A stretch of 64,000 nt of DNA. It comes from an uncultured Spirochaetales bacterium (GTDB taxonomy: Bacteria; Myxococcota_A; UBA9160; SMWR01). Both the position numbers and the translations under genes were made by a program. The notes beneath the pieces were generated by a model. It was not told where the DNA came from and did not search any database. It worked only from the letters and a program-made list of their open reading frames with translations. The stretch spans positions 1,053 to 65,052 of the forward strand of contig CAZBSV010000074.1 in the NCBI GenBank assembly GCA_964494795.1. The letters are read 5' to 3'. Position 1 is the stretch's first letter; every line of letters starts with the position of its first letter. Shown here one piece after another: positions 47,268-56,420 of this stretch.

Positions 47268-48411
47268 GATCGATCTTTCCTGGTGAGATCTCACCCAACA
47301 CGACCGCGTGACGCGCCCCGGTACATTGGGGCAGGTGATTCGGGATTCCAAGCAGCGCGTGGCGACCCATCAACGCGAACGCCATCGCCTCCGCGGCGCG
47401 AGCCGGTACGCCGACCGCGTCGAACGGGGCGATCGGCACGCCCGGCAGTGCCGCGCCGAGCGCGTCCATCAGCGCGGGATTTTCGACGCCTCCGCCGCCG
47501 ACGAGCATGCGATCGACGCTCCCGTCCAGAAAATCCCGCTTTGCGCGCGCGATCGATTCTGCGGTAAAGGCCACGAGCGTCGCGACGAGATCGTCATCGG
47601 CGCGGCCTTCGCGGCGCGATTGCCGCGCGAGCGCTTCGGCCTGCTCGAGCCCGTAGCGCTCGCGACCGGTCGATTTCGGCGGACTGCGGCGCAAGAAATC
47701 GTCGTCGAGCAAGCGCGCCAGCCAATCCTGACGAACGCGCCCGCGACGCGCGCGCACGCCACCGCGATCCAGCGCCTCCCGACCGTCCGAGAAGAAGGAA
47801 ACCGCGCCGTCGATCAGCGCGTTGGCGGGGCCGACATCGAAAGCGATCACGTCTTGCGCCCGGCCACCGCGCGGCAGCCAGCTGAGGTTTGCGATGCCGC
47901 CGAGATTGAGCACGAGGCGACTCTCGTCGGGGTCCGAGAGCGCGGCAAAATGGAAGAACGGCGCGAGCGGTGCGCCCTCGCCACCTGCCGCGATGTCCCG
48001 CGGGCGAAAATCCGCGACGGTCGTGCAACCCGTCCTCTCCGCGATCAGCGACGGGTCCCCGATCTGCAGCGAGGCCCGCAGCTCGGGATGGTGGGCGACG
48101 GTCTGACCGTGCGATGCGATCGCGTCGATCTGCGAGAGCGGGATCTGAGCGCCGTCGGCGAGCGCGATTGCCGACTCCGCGAAGCGCTCCGCGAGCAGCA
48201 CGTCGAGGGCCGCGAGCTCGCTCAGCGCGCTGCCCGGCGGCAGGCGCCCCGCCGCGAGCGCGTGGATGCGGCGCTGGAGCGACTCGGGAAATGGATCCTG
48301 GCGAAACGCGACGAGCGCAAACGGCCTCGGCGCAGTCCCCTCCGGCCACTCGACGAGCGCCGCATCCACCCCATCCGCGGAGGTTCCCGACATCAATCCG
48401 ATCACGCGCAT
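47263..48411 (-). CDS. anmK: anhydro-N-acetylmuramic acid kinase
   Basis: MRVIGLMSGTSADGVDAALVEW N-terminus and NLGGIANLS motif. Typical length of 382 aa. Confidence 0.85.
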   Translation of the reverse strand: MRVIGLMSGTSADGVDAALVEWPEGTAPRPFALVAFRQDPFPESLQRRIHALAAGRLPPGSALSELAALDVLLAERFAESAIALADGAQIPLSQIDAIASHGQTVAHHPELRASLQIGDPSLIAERTGCTTVADFRPRDIAAGGEGAPLAPFFHFAALSDPDESRLVLNLGGIANLSWLPRGGRAQDVIAFDVGPANALIDGAVSFFSDGREALDRGGVRARRGRVRQDWLARLLDDDFLRRSPPKSTGRERYGLEQAEALARQSRREGRADDDLVATLVAFTAESIARAKRDFLDGSVDRMLVGGGGVENPALMDALGAALPGVPIAPFDAVGVPARAAEAMAFALMGRHALLGIPNHLPQCTGARHAVVLGEISPGKIDR

Positions 48412-48442
48412 GCGGCGAGCTTACCTCGTTCGCGGCCGGCCA

Positions 48443-48472
48443 TTTGACAGTCGACGCGACTGCCGGAAAGAT
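48443..48472 (+). promoter_or_regulatory. candidate sigma-70-type promoter (TTGACA-N18-AAGATT)
   Basis: Perfect -35 hexamer and weak -10, about 60 nt upstream of the small membrane protein gene. Motif match only. Confidence 0.3.
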
Positions 48473-48533
48473 TCGGCCGTCCCTGCCCCGACCTTGGGGT
48501 AGAAATCTCTCACATCGAAGCGGAGATCAACGC

Positions 48534-48791
48534 ATGAAGGATTCGTCGCGGACCCAGGGCGGTCTGATCTGTATCGGCGTCGCCATACTGGGGGCATGCT
48601 TCCTGCTCGCCTTGCTTCAGCAGAGTTACTGGGCGATCGCGATCCCGGTCGCGGCGATCGTCTTCTTCGCTCTCGGCCTGACTTTCTGGGTCGGTTACAC
48701 GATCGCCACGATCCAAGTCGAACCGATGGAGGACCAGCAACCGCCCGCGACGGGCGAAGCGAGCAGTCCCGCGCGCGACGCGTCCAACTGA
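48534..48791 (+). CDS. small two-TM membrane protein
   Basis: 85 aa. GGAG RBS. Two hydrophobic helices (LICIGVAILGACFLLALL; AIAIPVAAIVFFALGLTFWVGY). It ends 6 nt before the first glycosyltransferase gene. Confidence 0.5.
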   Translation: MKDSSRTQGGLICIGVAILGACFLLALLQQSYWAIAIPVAAIVFFALGLTFWVGYTIATIQVEPMEDQQPPATGEASSPARDASN

Positions 48792-48797
48792 GCGGCC

Positions 48798-50057
48798 GTG
48801 CGCATCGCGCTGCTCAGCTATCGCGGAAATATGTACTGCGGCGGGCAGGGAATCTACGCCGCCGCACTCGCGGGCGAGTGGAAGCGCGCCGGGCATGACG
48901 TGCACGTCTTTGCGGGCCCGCCCCTGCCCCAGCTCGCGCCGGACATTCCGCTGCACGAAATTCCGAACGACAACGTGTTCGGACAAAAATATCCGGACTT
49001 CGTCGATCCCCGGTCGCCGTTCTCGCTCTTCAAACCGATGAGCCTGTGGGAACTCGGGGTCTCGCGCTTCGGCGTGTTTCCGGAGATGCACAGCTTCGGA
49101 ATGCGACTGATGCTGCGCTGGCCGCGTATCCAGGAACGCCATCGCTTCGACATCGTCTTCGACAACCAATGCCTGAGTTGGGGGTTGCTCGGCATCCGGG
49201 CCATGGGAGTCCCGGTCGTCTCGGTGATCCACCACCCGCTCCACATCGACCGCGAAGCCGATTTTGCGATCGACCGACGCCTGTCGAAGCGCATCCAGCG
49301 AACGCTCTACTTCCCGCTCTGGATGCAACAGCAGGTCGCGCCGCGGCTCGACAAGATCGTGACGGTCAGCCAGGCGTCGAGAGCGGCGATCGAGCGCTAC
49401 TTCGGGATCCCCGAAAAAGACATCGCGGTGGTCTACAACGGAACCGACACCGAGACGTTCCGGCCGCTCGACGGCATCGAAAAACAGCACGATCTGCTGT
49501 TCGTCGGACGCACCGAAGATCGCAAGAAGGGCGTCCAAGACATGCTCGAAGCGCTCAGCCTGCTGCCCGACTGCGTGCGACTGAAGATCATCGACGGCCG
49601 GATCCCGAAGGACGGACTGGTGCCTCGCGCCATCCGCCGGCACGGACTCGAGCAACGCGTCACGATCGTCGACCGGATGCTCGAGGTCCGCGAACTCGTC
49701 GAACAATACGCGAGCGCGCGGATCGCGTTGGTTCCGTCCTACTTCGAGGGCTTCGGCTTCCCGGCGAGCGAAGCGATGGCGTGCGGCTTGCCGGTCGTCG
49801 CCAATGCGGCGGGAGCGCTCCCGGAAATCGTGGGCAGCGATGGCGAAGCCGGCTGCTTGGTAGCGCCGCGAGATGCGCGCGCGATGGCGAAAGCGATCTT
49901 GGATATCCTCTCCGAGCCCGGACGCGCGGAGCGGATGGGCCGCAACGCACGCCGAAGGATCCAGCACGCGTTTCGCTGGAGTGACGCGGCGGCCGGACTC
50001 AGCGCCGTATTCGAGGAAACGATTCGTGCTGCTCACAGTCGATCTCGAGCGACTTAG
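48798..50057 (+). CDS. GT4-family (GT-B fold) glycosyltransferase, paralog 1
   Basis: N-terminal SYRGNMYCGGQGIY motif. C-terminal FEGFGFPASEAMACGLPVVANAAGALPEIV (EX7E-type region). Confidence 0.8.
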   Translation: MRIALLSYRGNMYCGGQGIYAAALAGEWKRAGHDVHVFAGPPLPQLAPDIPLHEIPNDNVFGQKYPDFVDPRSPFSLFKPMSLWELGVSRFGVFPEMHSFGMRLMLRWPRIQERHRFDIVFDNQCLSWGLLGIRAMGVPVVSVIHHPLHIDREADFAIDRRLSKRIQRTLYFPLWMQQQVAPRLDKIVTVSQASRAAIERYFGIPEKDIAVVYNGTDTETFRPLDGIEKQHDLLFVGRTEDRKKGVQDMLEALSLLPDCVRLKIIDGRIPKDGLVPRAIRRHGLEQRVTIVDRMLEVRELVEQYASARIALVPSYFEGFGFPASEAMACGLPVVANAAGALPEIVGSDGEAGCLVAPRDARAMAKAILDILSEPGRAERMGRNARRRIQHAFRWSDAAAGLSAVFEETIRAAHSRSRAT

Positions 50058-50748
50058 AGTTCGCTCCGGCGAGCGGATCCTCGACGCGGGCTGCGGCGAG
50101 GGACGCCACTGCCTCGGCGCGCTCGAGCGCGGCGCGCACGTCGTCGGCCTCGATCTCGACCGCAATGCACTCAACGCCGGCGCGCACAACCTGCGCGAGC
50201 GCGCCGAGAAGTGCGGCCGTCTCGGTGCGATGATTCGCGGAAATACGCTGCGGCTTCCGTTTGCGGATGGGGCGTTCGACAAGGTCATCTGTTCCGAGGT
50301 GATGGAGCACGTCCACGACTTCCGGGCAGCCGCGCGCGAACTCGCTCGCGTCACGCGCCCGGGTGGCTGGTTGGCGGTGACGATCCCGACCGCCACGAGC
50401 GAGCATCTCTATCTGCGGGTCGGCGACGACTACTTCGAATCCCCGGGTGGTCACATCCGCATTTTTCGACCGCGGCAATTGGCACTCGGCCTCGCGGAGG
50501 CCGGATTTGCGACGGTGGGTGTCGGATTCGCCCACGCGCTTCACACCCCATATTGGCTACTCCGCTCGATCGCGGGCTTGTCGCGCGCGGACGACAGCGC
50601 GCTCGTCCAGCTCTACCGGAGGTTCCTGCTGCGCGCGACGGAGTCGATCTTCCTCACTCGCCTCGAGCGGCTGCTCAACTACTGCTTCCCGAAAAGCCTG
50701 ATCCTCTACGCCGAAAAGCGCGGGCCGTGCGCGCTTCGCAGCCGCTGA
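50026..50748 (+). CDS. class I SAM-dependent methyltransferase
   Basis: GTG 50026 with GAGGAA RBS, overlapping the GT gene end by 32 nt. ILDAGCGEGRH, FDKVICSEVMEHV, RPGGWLAVTIP. Confidence 0.75.
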   Translation: MLLTVDLERLRVRSGERILDAGCGEGRHCLGALERGAHVVGLDLDRNALNAGAHNLRERAEKCGRLGAMIRGNTLRLPFADGAFDKVICSEVMEHVHDFRAAARELARVTRPGGWLAVTIPTATSEHLYLRVGDDYFESPGGHIRIFRPRQLALGLAEAGFATVGVGFAHALHTPYWLLRSIAGLSRADDSALVQLYRRFLLRATESIFLTRLERLLNYCFPKSLILYAEKRGPCALRSR

Positions 50749-50749
50749 A

Positions 50750-52150
50750 GTGGAGCCCGCGCCGAGCGAGCGCCGCGACACGGATTCGCAACCACGCCCC
50801 CAGGCGCCGCTGCGGATCTGCTTCATCGCGTACCGCGGAAACATGCACTGCGGTGGACAGGGCGTGTATCTCTGGTTCCTCGTGCGCGAACTCGCGCGTC
50901 TCGGCCATCGGGTCGACGTGCTCGTCGGCCCCCCCTATCCGGATCCGATGCCCTTCGCGAATTCCACGACCGCGCTGCCCAACGAGCAGTTCTGGGGCAA
51001 GTGGTTCCTCGGCGAGCGGCAGCGCTTCATCCCGAAACCCCACCCGCTGCGAATCTTCGAGCCGCTCAACTTGTACGAACTCGCCGCGAGCTACTTCGGA
51101 TTCTTGCCGGAGCCGTTCGCGTTCAGCCTGCGCGCGTATCGCGAAATCGCGGCTCGAACCCGCGCGGGCATACGCTACGACCTCGTTCACGATGTCCAAT
51201 GCCTCGGATATGGGACGCTCGGGATCCGCAAGCTGGGCATTCCCGTCGTCAGCACCGTCCACCATCCACTCACGATCGACCGGCGCGCCTCGTTCGCGCG
51301 CGACCAGAGTCTGCGCGAAGCCATCGGCACGACGAGCTTCTACCCGGTGAGCATGCAGGGGTTCGTGGCGCGGCGACTCGACGGCCTCTTCACGTCCTCG
51401 GCGGCGAGCGCGCGCGAAATTGAGCGGGATTTTCGCGTGCGCGCCGAGCGCATCCGAATGGTCGCGAACGGCGTCGACACACGGCTCTTTCGGCCGGCGC
51501 CCGGCATCGAACGGGACGCGAACGAGATCCTCTGCGTGGGCCGGGCCTCCGATCCCAACAAGGGCATCGGAAATCTGATCGAGGCGCTCGCGCGCCTACC
51601 GCGCCAGATTCGGCTCACGCTCGTCGACGACGATCACCCCAACAACCCGGCGCGCGAACGCGCCAGGCGCCTCGGCTGTGCGGACCGGCTCTGGATCACG
51701 GGCCGGATCGAGAATGACGACCTGGTGCGGCGCTACCAACGCGCGTCGCTCGTGGTCGCGCCCTCGCGCTACGAGGGATTCGGGCTGCCCGCCGTCGAAG
51801 CGATGGCGTGCGGCACCCCCGTCGTCGCATTCGCGGCCGGCGCACTGACGGAAGTGATCCGCGCCACCGGCGGCGGCGTGCTCGTGCCGCCGGACAAACC
51901 CGAAGCGCTGGCTCGCGCAATCGCCGATTTGATCGCGCGACCCGAACTCTGCGCGATGCTCGGCAAGCGCGGCAGCCTCCGCGTCGGCGAAACCTATGCC
52001 TGGCCGCGCGTTGCACGCGCCACCGCAGCCGCGTATGTGGAAATCATCAACGTTTTTCAGCAGCGTCGAGGTCGGCCCGCGAGGACGACGACGTCCGAGA
52101 GCCCGGGCAGCCGGCGCGCCATACCGTCGAGCCCCTCGAGCAGCGCGTGA
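50750..52150 (+). CDS. GT4-family glycosyltransferase, paralog 2
   Basis: AYRGNMHCGGQGVY N-terminal motif, YEGFGLPAVEAMACGTPVVAFAAGALTEVI. Its C-terminal tail overlaps the convergent methyltransferase gene by 94 nt. Confidence 0.8.
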   Translation: MEPAPSERRDTDSQPRPQAPLRICFIAYRGNMHCGGQGVYLWFLVRELARLGHRVDVLVGPPYPDPMPFANSTTALPNEQFWGKWFLGERQRFIPKPHPLRIFEPLNLYELAASYFGFLPEPFAFSLRAYREIAARTRAGIRYDLVHDVQCLGYGTLGIRKLGIPVVSTVHHPLTIDRRASFARDQSLREAIGTTSFYPVSMQGFVARRLDGLFTSSAASAREIERDFRVRAERIRMVANGVDTRLFRPAPGIERDANEILCVGRASDPNKGIGNLIEALARLPRQIRLTLVDDDHPNNPARERARRLGCADRLWITGRIENDDLVRRYQRASLVVAPSRYEGFGLPAVEAMACGTPVVAFAAGALTEVIRATGGGVLVPPDKPEALARAIADLIARPELCAMLGKRGSLRVGETYAWPRVARATAAAYVEIINVFQQRRGRPARTTTSESPGSRRAIPSSPSSSA

Positions 52151-52836
52151 GCGAGCGGAGCCGGCAAACGGTCGAGTGAGCGCGACCAGCCTGGCATCCC
52201 CCAGCCGATCGAAATTCCCTCGACGATCTCGAGCTCGAGGGAGCGGCGCGCCTGCTCGCGCATCAAGGCGATCTCGTAGCGGGTGAAGTGGTCGCTCGGA
52301 ACGTCGTAGTGGCGCCGCCCGCGCCGCAGCGATTTTCCGAGCAAGCCCTCCTTGAGTGCATCGACTCCGCGCGCGACCCGGCACGCGAGCGATTCGAAGT
52401 TGGCGATCGCGAGCACCACGCGCCCTGCGTTACGGGTTACGCGCGCCATTTCGGCGATGGCATCGAGGGGTCGATCGAAGTGATCGAGCGCTCCCTTGCA
52501 GATCACGCCGTCGAAGCTGCGATCTCGAAACGGCAGCGCGTCCGACCAGCTGCGAACCCAAGCCGGCGCGGGGCCACGCGATTTCTCGGCCTGCAGGCAA
52601 GCGAGAGCCGACATCCGCTGCGAGGGCTCGGCGCCAACCGCCCACGAACCCCGCTCCGAAATTGAAATTGCGTCCTGGCCGAAACCGCTCGCCACGTCCA
52701 GCACGCGCGTCGCGCGACCCGGTCGCACGAGGTCGAGACTGCGCGCCGTCATTCGCTCGAACAGGTACGCGCTGTCGCGGGTCGTCCCCGTTGGCACCAC
52801 GTCGCGCATATCGCGATCGAGATCTGCAACTCTCAA
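52057..52836 (-). CDS. class I SAM-dependent methyltransferase
   Basis: VLDVASGFGQDA, FDGVICKGALDHF, RNAGRVVLAIAN. Start is TTG 52836 or ATG 52809. Confidence 0.7.
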   Translation of the reverse strand: MRVADLDRDMRDVVPTGTTRDSAYLFERMTARSLDLVRPGRATRVLDVASGFGQDAISISERGSWAVGAEPSQRMSALACLQAEKSRGPAPAWVRSWSDALPFRDRSFDGVICKGALDHFDRPLDAIAEMARVTRNAGRVVLAIANFESLACRVARGVDALKEGLLGKSLRRGRRHYDVPSDHFTRYEIALMREQARRSLELEIVEGISIGWGMPGWSRSLDRLPAPLAHALLEGLDGMARRLPGLSDVVVLAGRPRRC

Positions 52837-52926
52837 GCCGGAGCGAGTCTAGCCCGGCGCCTCAGGGGCGGCAGACGGGGCCGCAGTTCGCGCCCTAAAC
52901 GGTTGATTCCAATACGCTGTCAGGCT

Positions 52927-54255
52927 ATGAAGTCGACTCGCGCGCTTGGGCGCAGAGCCCCGAGCAGTATGCTCAACGGACGCATGGCCGAAACCGCACC
53001 CGCAAAATCGGGTCTATTATCCGGATCGTCGGCCGAGACCCCGGAGACGCATCTCGGTGGCCTCCGCTCGTTCCGAATCATTGGCCTTTCGATCGTCGCG
53101 TTCGCAGCGGTCTACGTCGTCAGTCTCGACGTGACCGAAATCATGCTCCAGCGTCACTTTGCGCGGCAGATCGAACACGCTCTTCACGTCAGTCCCACGG
53201 GCGGCCCAATCACTTCGCAGATCCAGGCGCGCATCCGCTGGCTGCTGGACAACTCCCAGTGGATTCAACTCGGCGAGGTGCGCGTCAGCGTCCACGTCTA
53301 CGCCGCCGACGGCATCACCCCGCTCTACCTCGAAGATCGCTTCATCCCGACGCCCGAGACCCTTGACCCCGTCGCGAGCATGACCGAGGCGGTCCGACTG
53401 CTGCCCGCGAGCTACTCGCTCGATGTTGCGGTCCCGCCGCGGGGAACGCTCGCAATCGCGATGCTGTTCTCATACGGCGCGATCTTGATCACCTCCCTCT
53501 TCTTCTACAACCGCGCGGTCACCATCCGCGACAGCCGGCTGCTGGCGTCCGCGTTGGCCGAGCGAGAATCCACCGCGCGGCGCACCGAAACGATCGCCGA
53601 CGAACTCAAAGAGGTGCGCGAGCGACTCGGCAAGATCGAGCCCAGCGAGCGCTCGCAAGCCGAAGAAATTCGCGAGCTCCAGCGCGAGCGGCAGCTTCTG
53701 GGCGGAAAGCTTGTGGACCTCGCGGAGCGGGAGGCCGAACTGCGCCGCACCGCGGAGCGTTCGATCGAACTCGACCAGGAGCGGCAGGCCCTCGAAGATC
53801 TGCTCGAGGAAGCCAGCGGTGACCTCACGAGCAAGGATGACGAGATCCGGGATCTTCAGGTGCGCCTGAAATCGGCCTCGAAGAACGCCGAAGCCCGCAG
53901 CGGTGGGCGCACCCGCGCAGCCGAACAATGGGCCCGCAGGTTCCGCACCCTCTACAAGAGCGTGGAGTTCGACGACCGCGTGATCCATGACCTGCTGTCT
54001 CTCGGAGACGAGACCACGAAGCTCAAAGCCGAAGAGGGAATCAAACGCCTGGCCGACGACTCCGACCTCACCGCGATCCGTCGCAAGGTCGGCGGCCTGC
54101 CACCGCAGCTCTCGATCTACGAACTCGGATTCGCGGGCAAAGGACGCATCTACTACACGCGCGGCCGCAATCTACGCTGTCGTGTGCTGGTCATCGGCGC
54201 AAAGAATAGTCAGAAGACCGATCTGGAGTACCTGAGTCGGCTTCCCTCCGACTAG
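52927..54255 (+). CDS. two-TM membrane protein with long coiled coil and C-terminal RelE/ParE-superfamily (HigB / addiction-module-killer-like) domain
   Basis: TM helices FRIIGLSIVAFAAVYVVSL and LAIAMLFSYGAILITSLFFY. A charged heptad-rich segment of about 170 aa. C-terminus VEFDDRVIHDLL...LSIYELGFAGKGRIYYTRGRNLRCRVLVIGAKNSQKTDLEYL. The start is uncertain (TTG 52903, ATG 52927/52969). Confidence 0.6.
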   Translation: MKSTRALGRRAPSSMLNGRMAETAPAKSGLLSGSSAETPETHLGGLRSFRIIGLSIVAFAAVYVVSLDVTEIMLQRHFARQIEHALHVSPTGGPITSQIQARIRWLLDNSQWIQLGEVRVSVHVYAADGITPLYLEDRFIPTPETLDPVASMTEAVRLLPASYSLDVAVPPRGTLAIAMLFSYGAILITSLFFYNRAVTIRDSRLLASALAERESTARRTETIADELKEVRERLGKIEPSERSQAEEIRELQRERQLLGGKLVDLAEREAELRRTAERSIELDQERQALEDLLEEASGDLTSKDDEIRDLQVRLKSASKNAEARSGGRTRAAEQWARRFRTLYKSVEFDDRVIHDLLSLGDETTKLKAEEGIKRLADDSDLTAIRRKVGGLPPQLSIYELGFAGKGRIYYTRGRNLRCRVLVIGAKNSQKTDLEYLSRLPSD

Positions 54256-54700
54256 CCTTTCCCGTGACGCCCATCAGCTGACGCAGGGTCGCCTTCAGCT
54301 TTGCGTCGTCCCAGGGTTTCGTGACGAGCGCGCGGATGCCGATCTCCGCGAGGCGCTCGGGCGGAATCTCCTGGGTCCAACCCGTGATCAGCATCCGAAT
54401 CGCATCGGGACTCGACTCCGCCGCTCGCTCGAGCAACTGGACACCGCTCATGCCGGGCATCTTGTGATCGGAGAGGATCGCGTCGACGCTGCGCTCGGCG
54501 AGAACCCGCAACGCAGCTGCCGCACTTTCGACAGCGACGATCTCGTAGCCCTCGCGGCGAAGTGACCGCTTCAGCGCGGAGAGGATCTGGGCTTCGTCGT
54601 CGACGAGCAGGAGTGTGGGCCGAGTCGATCCTGTTTTGACTTTCGATCCGGCCTTGCCCTTCAATCCGCGCCCCTTTCTCGGTCCGCACCCGGAAGCCAT
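54191..54700 (-). CDS. single-domain CheY-like response regulator
   Basis: LLLVDDE, ILSDHKMPGMSG, LITG, VTKPW. 65-nt convergent overlap with the preceding plus-strand gene. The start overlaps the kinase gene end. Confidence 0.8.
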   Translation of the reverse strand: MASGCGPRKGRGLKGKAGSKVKTGSTRPTLLLVDDEAQILSALKRSLRREGYEIVAVESAAAALRVLAERSVDAILSDHKMPGMSGVQLLERAAESSPDAIRMLITGWTQEIPPERLAEIGIRALVTKPWDDAKLKATLRQLMGVTGKASRREADSGTPDRSSDYSLRR

Positions 54701-56286
54701 ACCGTGAACCGGGTTCCCACACCGGGTTCGCTGTCGGCCACGAGACTGCCGCCGTGGCGTTCGACGATGTTGAAACTCGTCGACAACCCCAGGCCGGTAC
54801 CGACCCCGACTTTCTTCGTGGTGAAGAACGGATCGAAGATCCGGCCCATGTGTTCGGGAGCGATTCCCACCCCCGTATCCCTCACGATGATCGCGACGCC
54901 GCCCGCCCGGGGCTCCGTCTTCAGCCAGATCGTTCCCGTCTTTCCGCTGTCTCCAATCCGCTCTTCGACGGCCTGATAAGCGTTGACGAGCAGGTTCATG
55001 AACACCTGCTGCAGCTGCATCGGGTAACAGTAGACGGCGGGAAGGTTGCGATACTCCTTCTCGAGCTGCACCAGGTGTTTCATCATCGGCCAGACGATGC
55101 CCGCCGTCGAATCGAGGAACTGGTTGACGTCCGCCAATACGCGGTGCTCGCTGTCGCGGTGCGAGAAATCGCGCAGGTCGTGAACGATGTGGCGAATCCG
55201 CTCGGATCCCTCTTGCGACTCGCGAATTGCCTTGGCGAAATCGGAGAGCACGAACGCGACATCGAGTTCCTTGGCAGCCGCAGTCAGCGCACTCGAACTG
55301 CGTTGGATCTCGGCGAGATCCGCACCCGCCACGGCTGCCTGCAGCGCATCGACTTCGCGCCAGGCGCGCTGCAGGTCACCCAGGTACTCGGCCATCTGGA
55401 ACAGATTTGCGTGAATGAATCCCATCGGATTGTTGATCTCGTGGGCGACGCCGGCAGCGAGCTGCCCGATCGAGGCCATCTTCTCCGTCTGCAGGACTTT
55501 GCGCTGCAATAGCTTTATTTCGGTGAGATCCGAGAATACGGCGACGGCGCCGAGCTTGGCGCCCGCGCTATCGAAGACCGGCGCGCTGGAGATTCCGATC
55601 GGCACGCTCGTCCCGTCGGCTCGCGTGAGGGTCATCTCCATCCCCTTGAAGCGCTCCCCGGTTTCGAGCGTGCGCGCGACGTGATTCTGATCGCGCGGAA
55701 CCCCGCGGAAGCAGCTCTCGATCAGCTGCCCGCGCAATTGCTCCGCGTTCGCACCGAGGATCTCCTCGGCCGGAGGGTTCGAGAAGGCGATCCGGCCCTC
55801 GAGATCGACCACCAACAGCGCGCTATTCAAGTTTTGGATGATGTTCTGGTTGTAGCTCTCGAGGTCGCGGATCCGACGCTCCGCGACTCCCTGGTCGCGA
55901 GCCGCTCGCCAGCGCTGAATCTGCTCCAACGCAACCACGGGCAGCACGTCCGAAAATTCCTCGCCCGCAACCACGCAATCCGCCGCGCCTCGCCGGAAGG
56001 CTTCGAGCGCGGCTTCCTCACTCGGGCTGCAGTGGACCACGATCACCGGCGGGCCATCGACCTTGAATGCTTCGAGCAAATCCCAGCATTCGGAACCGAG
56101 CGCCGACTCCACGACGATCAGGTCGACCGGCGCATCCCGGCATCGGCCGCGGCAGGCAGCCGCATCGCGCACGGTCTCGATCGCTGCGCCCGGACCCAAC
56201 CGGCGCAGGGCCATGCCGGGGTCCGGCCCGGCGGACTGCGCGGAGCGCGCAACGATGATCCGAACTCCGGCGCGCGCTCGCTCCAC
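54661..56286 (-). CDS. histidine kinase with N-terminal pseudo-receiver, PAS, HisKA and HATPase_c domains
   Basis: The REC-like N-terminus has E at the acceptor position (DLIVVESAL). PAS-like region (LNSALLVVDLEGRIAFSN), H-box AAGVAHEINNPM, N/G boxes (LLVNAYQA; DTGVGI; GTGLGLS). Confidence 0.85.
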   Translation of the reverse strand: MERARAGVRIIVARSAQSAGPDPGMALRRLGPGAAIETVRDAAACRGRCRDAPVDLIVVESALGSECWDLLEAFKVDGPPVIVVHCSPSEEAALEAFRRGAADCVVAGEEFSDVLPVVALEQIQRWRAARDQGVAERRIRDLESYNQNIIQNLNSALLVVDLEGRIAFSNPPAEEILGANAEQLRGQLIESCFRGVPRDQNHVARTLETGERFKGMEMTLTRADGTSVPIGISSAPVFDSAGAKLGAVAVFSDLTEIKLLQRKVLQTEKMASIGQLAAGVAHEINNPMGFIHANLFQMAEYLGDLQRAWREVDALQAAVAGADLAEIQRSSSALTAAAKELDVAFVLSDFAKAIRESQEGSERIRHIVHDLRDFSHRDSEHRVLADVNQFLDSTAGIVWPMMKHLVQLEKEYRNLPAVYCYPMQLQQVFMNLLVNAYQAVEERIGDSGKTGTIWLKTEPRAGGVAIIVRDTGVGIAPEHMGRIFDPFFTTKKVGVGTGLGLSTSFNIVERHGGSLVADSEPGVGTRFTVWLPGADRERGAD

Positions 56287-56420
56287 GGGAACTCGCTCCT
56301 ACTCGGGAGGGCCTGTCACACGACGGGCGCTGAGATCAGCGTGCAATGCGGGGGGAAGCCGAGACTACAGGATCGGGCCACGCCCCAGCAAGCGCCAAAT
56401 CCGCCACGCGCAGCGCCACC

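Noticed and set aside
48510-50396. 628-aa minus-strand ORF
   Set aside because: It is antisense to the small membrane protein, the GT4 and the methyltransferase genes, which carry clear catalytic motifs. The translation is low-complexity and Arg-rich.
54252-54722. 156-aa minus-strand ORF
   Set aside because: It is an alternate frame of the CheY-like regulator gene, whereas the 54191..54700 frame carries all the receiver motifs.
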